Assembly (NCBI GenBank): GCA_002347965.1
Contig: DDYN01000031.1
Span: 20,177 to 84,176, forward strand
DNA: 64,000 nucleotides
Source of the DNA: Nitrospirae bacterium UBA2233
GTDB taxonomy: Bacteria; UBA2233
Reading direction: 5' to 3'
Every line of letters begins with the position of its first letter. Within the stretch, counting starts at the first letter, position 1. The notes beneath the pieces are model-generated. The model was given only the letters and a program-made list of their open reading frames with translations. It made no database searches and was not told the origin of the DNA. Positions 57,255-64,000 of this stretch are shown here, in pieces. The position numbers and the translations under genes were made by a program.

Positions 57255-59528
57255 GGCATCGGCTTTCCACGAGGCGACAAAGCAGCTCGCAGGGTTTTTC
57301 TTGGCGACCTTTTTGAGTTTGGCCGCCTCCTCGCCCACCTCAAGATGCCCATTAAACACTCCAGGCTCAAGCAGAACGCCAGCCAAAGAGATGGCGATGA
57401 GGGGAAATTCCCGAACGTGCCCTTCTCTATCCTGGGACACGATGTATCCTCGGCTCCGGTCCTCTTCGGTGTAGAAGTTCACGATGGAGGCGTCGAAACG
57501 TTCGACAATTTCCATGCAGGCTTTTGCCGAGTTTTCTACAGGGAGGATAAAGATAAAGTCATCCCCTCCGACATGCCCCAAAAACCCGTCCTCGGCTTGA
57601 TCAATCGCGCTCTTGAGCGTAAAGGCCGTGTATTTGATTACGTCATCCCCATGGGTGAACCCATAACGGTCGTTGTAGGCCTTGAAGTTGTCGAGGTCCG
57701 CATAGACAACCACGTGCTCAAGACGCCCCTGAATCCTTCGGTTGATCTCGTCGTAAATCGGGATGTTTCCGGGTAGCCCCGTCAACGGGTTTGCGTACGT
57801 CGCGAACAAGATCTGGAGCTCGGAGGTCTTTCGGAATAGCTCGTGGACCGTGCCTAGCCCCGAATACTTCCCGGACGTCGTCACAAGAAACGGGTCGTAC
57901 ACACGAGAAGGCGGGCGTTCCAGGCAGGCCCTGGAAACACGCTCTAGAGAATCCGTTGCTTCGACGATAACGGGGTTGGGGTCCATTAGCCGCTCGATCG
58001 GCTTTTCGCAGTACAAGGCATACCCGAACTCACTCGAGAGCTTAAGGAACAAGGGTTCACGGACAACGAGGCCGACGGGACTTCCCGTTGGGTTGACGAC
58101 AGGCAGCGCCACCAGGTCTTCTTTCTCCTTGAACCTCTGAACCACCACCCTTACCTTTGTGTTTGGGAAAATTGGTTCGACAAAATATTTCAGTTCCTCG
58201 ATGACGCTTCCCGAGACGGGCCTTTCGCCGACTTCTACCTTGGAGAACAATTTATGGATATTAGTAAACGACTCCGAAAAACCAGCCACCGATTCGTTCG
58301 GCCTTCCCAAGAAATAGCCTTGCCCTAGGTCTACTCCAAGCTTGTAGACCTCTTTGAGCTCGTCAAAGGTCTCGATCCCCTCGGCAACAACGAGGATCCC
58401 TAAGGCGTGGGCCAAATCCACAAGCGAACGCACGAGGCGGAGCTTGATGTACGACTTGCCGAGGTCTTGAATAACTCCCCTGTCTATCTTGATGATATCC
58501 GGCGTTTGATGGACAAGGATGGGGATGAGGCTGATGCCGGCACCCACGTCGTCGATTGCCACGACAAACCCCTGACGCTTGTAATGGGCAATGGCCTCGA
58601 GCACGCCCTGTAGGCTAGGGAGCCTGACGTTTTCAGTAACCTCCACCACGAGCTGGTCGTAGGAAAGCCCATACCTCCGGGCAAGCGCTTTGGTAAGCCC
58701 AATTTCTCGGGAAGGCGCCAAGACCACTTCCGGATCAATGTTGACGGCAAGCCTTTTTTGGATTTTTTGCCTTGAGGCGTTGAAGAAGGCGCGTTCCCGC
58801 ATGGCTCCCTCGAGCAACGTCAGCTGGCTAGTCTCTTTGGCCGCTTCAATAAGCCGAATGATGCTTAAAAACGGCACCGAGGTGGTAGGGAAGGAGAGGC
58901 ATTCGTAGCCAAACAGCTCGGCCGTCTTGAGCGAATAGATCGGCTGGAAACGCGTAGAAATCAGCCCCCTTTGAACAATCTCCTGAATGCAGGCCTCAAT
59001 CTTGTAAGAGGTGTCGTAGCCCTTGTCAGCCCCCTTCCCTCCGTCGTTTAGCGTAGTGTTGAGGTCTTGGAAAATACGAAGAACCTGATAGTCCAAGGAA
59101 AGCTTGCAGTTCAACGCCGCTTCCAGCACGCCAACACGAATGTCCCCCCGCAAAGAGGCGGCATCTTCTATCCCAAAGGCCTGAAGGGAGGCGGGGTTCA
59201 GGAAAAACTCCCGAATTTTTGGTACCACGACTATTTTCTCGCTATGCTCAAGCGGCGCGTCGGGGATTAGGAGGAGCTCCCATGGGCCTATCACGCAGCC
59301 GGTCCCATCGATGCCCGCATATTCGGCCAGCGATTCCGCAAGGGTTCGCATCTGGTAAAGATCGGACTTAGGGGATGCGCTTGCCTGGCCATTGCCAAGA
59401 ATCTCCCGGAAGTTCACAGAAAACACACAAAACTTCTGACTTTCGGAAAGCAGGCGCTTCATGAACACGATCAGGGATTCTAGGTCGGGCAAGAGGCTAA
59501 GGCGTCTCGATTTTTCTCGTATAAACAC
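57249..59528 (-). CDS. EAL-CBS-GGDEF c-di-GMP turnover protein (start 59528 or 59462)
   Basis: FQPI, YECL, EVTE, IDDVGAG, IKIDR, AEGIE and GQGY; CBS pair; NPLTGLPGN, DLDNFKAYND and HVGGDDF. Confidence 0.92.
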   Translation of the reverse strand: MFIREKSRRLSLLPDLESLIVFMKRLLSESQKFCVFSVNFREILGNGQASASPKSDLYQMRTLAESLAEYAGIDGTGCVIGPWELLLIPDAPLEHSEKIVVVPKIREFFLNPASLQAFGIEDAASLRGDIRVGVLEAALNCKLSLDYQVLRIFQDLNTTLNDGGKGADKGYDTSYKIEACIQEIVQRGLISTRFQPIYSLKTAELFGYECLSFPTTSVPFLSIIRLIEAAKETSQLTLLEGAMRERAFFNASRQKIQKRLAVNIDPEVVLAPSREIGLTKALARRYGLSYDQLVVEVTENVRLPSLQGVLEAIAHYKRQGFVVAIDDVGAGISLIPILVHQTPDIIKIDRGVIQDLGKSYIKLRLVRSLVDLAHALGILVVAEGIETFDELKEVYKLGVDLGQGYFLGRPNESVAGFSESFTNIHKLFSKVEVGERPVSGSVIEELKYFVEPIFPNTKVRVVVQRFKEKEDLVALPVVNPTGSPVGLVVREPLFLKLSSEFGYALYCEKPIERLMDPNPVIVEATDSLERVSRACLERPPSRVYDPFLVTTSGKYSGLGTVHELFRKTSELQILFATYANPLTGLPGNIPIYDEINRRIQGRLEHVVVYADLDNFKAYNDRYGFTHGDDVIKYTAFTLKSAIDQAEDGFLGHVGGDDFIFILPVENSAKACMEIVERFDASIVNFYTEEDRSRGYIVSQDREGHVREFPLIAISLAGVLLEPGVFNGHLEVGEEAAKLKKVAKKNPASCFVASWKADAL

Positions 59529-59602
59529 TGATAACGCCCTTTTTGTTTCTTTTCAGCGTAACACAACGGATGCACGCACAAGTCCTAAGCCGTGCCGCAT
59601 TC

Positions 59603-59638
59603 ACCCAGAAAGCCCGCCCGTATAGGCGCTTTCTGGGT
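59603..59638. other. Strong intergenic hairpin
   Basis: ACCCAGAAAG-cc-CGCC-cgtata-GGCG-CTTTCTGGGT; no U-tract. Confidence 0.55.
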
Positions 59639-59693
59639 AGCTCTCTATCTTTAAGGAAAGAAAGGGTTTAAAAAAATGCGACCCCTAGGAGCG

Positions 59694-61016
59694 TTACACG
59701 TCCCTTTCGGCGTCGAAGATTCGGGGGGTCGTCAAATCAACCCGCAACTCTCTTAGGAGTACCTCGCCGTTGGAACGCTCAAGAGTGCTCGTCGCGATAC
59801 CGACCTGCATGTCCGGGTTTGGCAAGGTCGGAACCATTCCTACCGGAAACTCCAGGATCCGAGAGGCCGGGTCGAACCGGAACTTTTGGAAGCCCGACCT
59901 CTGGAATGCTCGAAGGACCTCCATGGCATCCTTGCCGTATACCTTGGCTGAAACCAAGAAGTAGCTGTTCTCCGAGAAGGTGTGCGTTTTTGGGATTGGA
60001 CCGCCCGCATTCTGGCGAAACAGCTGGGCCGTGTGCTTGTTCTCGCCGGAGCAATAATGCACCCCAAGCTTAAGGCCCTCCTCAAGGGCATACTCCAGTA
60101 GATTCAGACAGGCCGCTTCGCTGCCCGCAATCGGCAAAGTGCCGGGGTACCAATAGTCGTATAGAACGGACCAAGGGGGATTTTTAATCAGGTATCCCCG
60201 CTCTTTATAGGCGCCGGGGTGAACGAGCGAACAAAGCATTTCGAGCAGGTTGATGCCGAATATCCCGATCTGGTTGAGCTTACTCAAGATGCCTTGCATC
60301 ACGCCTTCCGTACCGGGCTCTATGGGCATCTCGACCATCGTTACAAGGTGGTGCTCGTTGGCCGAAACAAGCGAATCAAATATGGTTTTTCCCTCGTAAA
60401 AATCCTCCATCTTGATGCTGAAACGAATCTCGTTCAGTCCTGCCTTTGAAAGCGCCCGAAGGATGGAAGAATCTACAAAATCCCCGTTGGTATAAAGCCT
60501 CGTGTAGGCCTCCGGAAAAAGCGTACGGGCGGTCTGAAAAAAATCGATCACTTTTTCAGGATGAAGCAGCGGCTCTCCTCCGCTAAGGCCTACAAACTGC
60601 AATCCTGGCGTTTTTTCTGCCAAAGCATAAAGGTCTGCTTTGGCATCCCTCTCATGCTGAAGGTAGTAGCCGTAATCCTTCATTGCATGGTTAAAACAAA
60701 AATAACAATCCCTGTTACACTGGAAGGAGATGAAAAACGTCCGGCTTCCTATGCCTTTCTCGCAAGCCCTGCATGCGGGCGAGAGACGGCCGACGTGAAT
60801 GCTCCTTCCTCCATTGAGAAAGATGGCCCCTCCTTGCTTGAGCCGTTCCAGCTGCTCTTTTGGCTGAACCGGGTCGGGTTTGGGAGCAAATTCAAACCCA
60901 AGCCGGCGAACCTGCCCGTAGAAATCTTCTTGGATTTGGAGGTACCCGGCGGCCTCCTCGCGAAGCTGCGGGTTCTTCGCCAAGGCCATCGAGTCTGCAT
61001 CCAAAGGAATGATCAT
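59694..61016 (-). CDS. Radical SAM protein (COG2108-like, function unknown)
   Basis: CNRDCYFC (CX3CX2C), upstream PACRAC, LSGGEPLL, LYTNG, LNEIRF and HYCS. Confidence 0.88.
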   Translation of the reverse strand: MIIPLDADSMALAKNPQLREEAAGYLQIQEDFYGQVRRLGFEFAPKPDPVQPKEQLERLKQGGAIFLNGGRSIHVGRLSPACRACEKGIGSRTFFISFQCNRDCYFCFNHAMKDYGYYLQHERDAKADLYALAEKTPGLQFVGLSGGEPLLHPEKVIDFFQTARTLFPEAYTRLYTNGDFVDSSILRALSKAGLNEIRFSIKMEDFYEGKTIFDSLVSANEHHLVTMVEMPIEPGTEGVMQGILSKLNQIGIFGINLLEMLCSLVHPGAYKERGYLIKNPPWSVLYDYWYPGTLPIAGSEAACLNLLEYALEEGLKLGVHYCSGENKHTAQLFRQNAGGPIPKTHTFSENSYFLVSAKVYGKDAMEVLRAFQRSGFQKFRFDPASRILEFPVGMVPTLPNPDMQVGIATSTLERSNGEVLLRELRVDLTTPRIFDAERDV

Positions 61017-61037
61017 TGGCTTTTGAAGGAAACCTGA

Positions 61038-61463
61038 TTAGTCCTTTTCTTCGGACTTAAGCTCTTCTTCGGCCTTGGAAAGCTCTTCTTGGATCGTCTT
61101 CTTTCCCGCATCGATCGCATCCAGCAGTTCTTTTTTCCTGGTCTCCGCCAGCAACCTCCCGCGCTCGAACAACTCCGTCGATGCCCGAAGAATCCGGTCC
61201 AAGGCTTGTCTCGCCGATTCAGAAAAGCTAGAGCCCATTGCTTCGGCTTTGTCTTTCAGCCTTTCAGAAAAGCTAGAACCCATTGCTTCGGCTTTGTCTT
61301 TTAGCCTTCCTGCCAAATCCTTCGCCTTTTCCGCATACTCAAGCTCACGCCTTGAAGACAGAAGAAAGCCCGTCAAGGCGCCCATGCCCCACCCCACTAA
61401 GAACATCGCCACCATAGAAAGACCGCCGCGCTCACGATCCAAAGGCACTTCTTTTCTCTCCAT
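61038..61463 (-). CDS. YtxH-domain protein
   Basis: N-terminal FLVG..MGA..G.LL TM segment followed by coiled-coil; adjacent to DUF948. Confidence 0.7.
   Translation of the reverse strand: MERKEVPLDRERGGLSMVAMFLVGWGMGALTGFLLSSRRELEYAEKAKDLAGRLKDKAEAMGSSFSERLKDKAEAMGSSFSESARQALDRILRASTELFERGRLLAETRKKELLDAIDAGKKTIQEELSKAEEELKSEEKD
61218..61307. repeat. In-frame 45-bp tandem duplication (2 copies)
   Basis: 61218-61262 and 61263-61307 are 43/45 identical and both encode RLKDKAEAMGSSFSE. Confidence 0.95.
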
Positions 61464-61493
61464 TGCTGCCCCTCCCTTTGTTGTGTCTAAACC

Positions 61494-61913
61494 TTAAGAA
61501 CCAAACGAACGACCCTTCCTTTGCTGCCTATCCAAGAAAAACCTTAACCCTTTGTAGATGCCATACGCCGTAGCGTACGTAGTGTTGACGGCCGGCAGGA
61601 CACGGGTGCTTAGCACTGAAACCGACTTCACCACGCCGTCCGTCGCCTGCAGCAGGCCCTTATGGACGTATTCGAGGGTTTGATCGCTCCTGCGAAGCTG
61701 AAATTTTGCATTCTCGGAAATATCCCGAACATCTCCGATGAGGCGGTCAAGGGAATGAGCCACTGGGCTCACTTCTTTTTTGACAACCTCGGCCAGTTCT
61801 TTCGTTTTTTTTGCAAGAAGGGCTAGCTGGGCAAGAAACAAAATGCAGAGAATGACCTGGAAAAGCGCAAAAAAGCACAATACAATCGCAAGAATCAACA
61901 GGGGCCGGTCCAT
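61494..61913 (-). CDS. DUF948 (YoxC-like) membrane-anchored helical protein
   Basis: N-terminal TM and helical body; paired with YtxH. Confidence 0.65.
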   Translation of the reverse strand: MDRPLLILAIVLCFFALFQVILCILFLAQLALLAKKTKELAEVVKKEVSPVAHSLDRLIGDVRDISENAKFQLRRSDQTLEYVHKGLLQATDGVVKSVSVLSTRVLPAVNTTYATAYGIYKGLRFFLDRQQRKGRSFGS

Positions 61914-61995
61914 GGTCCCTCCTTCGTAGTTTAAAGCGAACCTGGTTCCATTATACTAGGAATTCCTGGCTGTATCTACGGCAGCCTGGTCGTCC

Positions 61996-62304
61996 TTACT
62001 TAACAGGCGTTTGGGATGCATCCAGCTTGGCATCCGGGAGCCCAGGCTCGAGTGCTTGAATTTTCTTGGCAAGCTTCTTTGCCTTTCGCCAATGCTTCAT
62101 GTCCATCTCTTGCTGCATCTGAATAAACAGATTGCGGTAGTCCTCGTATTTCTTCGGGTCTATGGCCTGTACCATCGGGGCCTTTGTCTCGTAGGTTTGC
62201 TTTGCCGCGTAGTAGTCCCTGTATGGTGCCGTGGCACAGCCTCCAACGAGAAAAAAGACTCCAAAACATACAGCAACGGAAACGGGATGCTTTTGGCTCT
62301 CCAT
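61996..62304 (-). CDS. Hypothetical lipoprotein
   Basis: Hydrophobic signal ending LVGG-C; purine-rich SD. Confidence 0.65.
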   Translation of the reverse strand: MESQKHPVSVAVCFGVFFLVGGCATAPYRDYYAAKQTYETKAPMVQAIDPKKYEDYRNLFIQMQQEMDMKHWRKAKKLAKKIQALEPGLPDAKLDASQTPVK

Positions 62305-62439
62305 TTCCCTCTTTCTCTCCTTTTTTTACACAAACTTATTGTGCGTGCACGCACGAAACAGCCACCCTTCCTGCGGCCGAAAGCCCGCAGAACGAGGCAA
62401 GCGGCGTTTTATCGGCAAGGCGGCTACAACCTCCTGGGC

Positions 62440-64000
62440 TTATGCGTCCAATCCCCCCGTCTCTGCCTTTGACTTCACGAGCCGTATCCCAAGCTCTTGA
62501 AGCTGATCCTCGCTAACGGGAGAGGGCGCTTGGGTCATCAAGCAGGTTCCTTTTTGCGTTTTTGGGAAGGCAATCACATCGCGGATGCTGGAAGCCCCTA
62601 CTACCAGCGTAACGATGCGATCCAACCCGTAGGCAATGCCGCCATGCGGAGGGGCTCCGTAGGCCAAGGCGTCCAACAAAAAACCGAACTTCTGCCTCGC
62701 TTCTTCCTTGGAGATTGCCAGCAAGGAAAACACGCGCTCTTGGAGGGCGGAATTGTAGATTCGCATCGATCCACCTCCAATTTCGTTGCCGTCTAGGACC
62801 ATGTCGTAGGCCTTCGCACGGACCGCCAGAGGGTCTTGCTCGAGCTTATGTACATCCTCGTCCATCGGGGCAGTGAACGGGTGGTGCATCGAAGTATACC
62901 TTCCTTCTGCCTCGTCGTACTCCAATAGCGGAAAATCTACCACCCAAAGGAACGCGTGGCTTCCAGCCGGGACAAGCCCAAGCTTGTCGCGAAAGTAGAG
63001 ACGAACCTGGGAAAGCGCTGTACAGAGTCTAGCGTTGGGCCCGACTGCAAGTATTCCCCATTCACCGTCCCCGAGGCCTAGCGTTTCTATGGTTCCGGAT
63101 GTCTCAGCCTCGGAGAAGTGTCGAGTAAGTCGGCCCTTGAGGGCGCCTCCTTCTCGCCTTATGATCGTCAACCCCCCCAACCCTACACTTCGGGCCATTT
63201 CTTCGAGAACGGACTGCTCTTTTGGGGGAAACTCATTCAGCCCTTCCGGCTTGAGCCCCTTGATAACCCCTCCCGACTCCATGGCCTTGCGAAAAACCTC
63301 GAGAGACGAGCCCGAAAAGACGGCCGAAAGATCCTTCAGGTGCATACCAAAACGAACATCCGGCTTGTCCGTCCCGTAAGTCTCGATGGCATCCTTGTAG
63401 GAAATCCTACGTAAGGGCCTCTCAAGCGGAATCTCAAGCTCACCAAAAATCTTCTCAAGGAGCCTTTCGTTAACCTCGAGGAACTCTTCGAGCGTGAGGA
63501 AGGACGCCTCGATGTCGATCTGGGTAAATTCCGGCTGCCTGTCTGCCCTTAGGTCTTCGTCTCGAAAGCAGCGGGCAATTTGAAAGTAGCGGTCGAACCC
63601 CGCAACCATCAAGAGCTGCTTGAACAGCTGCGGGGACTGCGGAAGGGCATAGAAATGTCCCCTTGTAAGCCGTGAAGGGACGAGAAAATCCCTTGCGCCC
63701 TCCGGAGTGCTCTTCGTCAAGATGGGGGTTTCGACCTCCATGAACCCGTTATCGCTCAAGAATTTCCGCGTGGCCTGCATCGCGGAATGCCTTACCCTAA
63801 GGTTTTCGATCATGCGCGGACGACGCAAGTCAAGGTACCTGTAAAGAAGCCTGACGTTCTCCTGAACTTCTGCATCGTCCTCGACGAGAAAAGGAAGCGG
63901 CTTGCAGGCATTCAGTACGGTTAGCCTAGAAATACGGATCTCGACATCCCCGGTGCGATGCTGCAGGTTCTCGGTACCCGAGGGTCGCCGCTTTACTTCA
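62440..64000 (-). CDS. aspS: Aspartate--tRNA ligase, 5' end beyond the window
   Basis: The frame stays open past 63828 (RRPSGTEN...YRYLDLRR); TPEGARDF, LPQSPQLFKQ, FRDEDLRADRQPEF and GAPPHGGIAYGLDR. Confidence 0.98.
   Translation of the reverse strand, partial: EVKRRPSGTENLQHRTGDVEIRISRLTVLNACKPLPFLVEDDAEVQENVRLLYRYLDLRRPRMIENLRVRHSAMQATRKFLSDNGFMEVETPILTKSTPEGARDFLVPSRLTRGHFYALPQSPQLFKQLLMVAGFDRYFQIARCFRDEDLRADRQPEFTQIDIEASFLTLEEFLEVNERLLEKIFGELEIPLERPLRRISYKDAIETYGTDKPDVRFGMHLKDLSAVFSGSSLEVFRKAMESGGVIKGLKPEGLNEFPPKEQSVLEEMARSVGLGGLTIIRREGGALKGRLTRHFSEAETSGTIETLGLGDGEWGILAVGPNARLCTALSQVRLYFRDKLGLVPAGSHAFLWVVDFPLLEYDEAEGRYTSMHHPFTAPMDEDVHKLEQDPLAVRAKAYDMVLDGNEIGGGSMRIYNSALQERVFSLLAISKEEARQKFGFLLDALAYGAPPHGGIAYGLDRIVTLVVGASSIRDVIAFPKTQKGTCLMTQAPSPVSEDQLQELGIRLVKSKAETGGLDA

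Noticed and set aside
61218..61307. Repeat as a CRISPR array
   Set aside because: Two adjacent copies, no spacers, in-frame coding and no cas genes.
62360..62440. GAAA-containing hairpin as a c-di-GMP-I riboswitch
   Set aside because: It is on the wrong strand for the downstream gene and lacks the rest of the consensus.

Overview
A moderately GC-rich bacterial chromosome segment, mostly on the minus strand. Gene order resembles deltaproteobacteria/Desulfobacterota, but the taxon cannot be fixed from sequence alone. It is largely housekeeping: rpsB-tsf-pyrH-frr, panBCD, pntAA/AB/B, rarA, serA-hisZ-purA, yceD-rpmF-plsX-acpP-rpiB-glyA-ribD/E/BA/H-nusB, rpsT, nadE-leuS-lptE-holA and aspS. I saw no rRNA, tRNA, CRISPR array or mobile element. 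Main points of interest: (1) A ~13 kb same-strand run (57155 to 44238) sits behind four 11-bp-phased Pho-box half-sites and an extended -10. It encodes a PHP hydrolase, three amphi-Trp proteins, a PhoU-phosphotransferase fusion, the GAK-system ATP-grasp and HprK-like kinase, a phosphohexomutase, a PHP-GT4 fusion, a second GT4, a DUF2334 deacetylase, pstB and phoU. This points to the functionally unknown GAK system being part of a PhoB-controlled phosphate-starvation and envelope-remodelling regulon. (2) A membrane diguanylate cyclase carries a C-terminal, apparently dead VanX/DdpX-like domain and is translationally coupled to alanine racemase. (3) fabH/D/G/F are absent from the plsX-acpP locus, while an MMPL-DUF1329-DUF1302 transporter lies elsewhere in the window with palindromes over its promoter. 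(4) Smaller items: a PTPS-III-type pterin synthase, a hidden 39-aa NSS small subunit and a pan RNA motif. Family assignments come from motifs recognised by eye, not from database searches.
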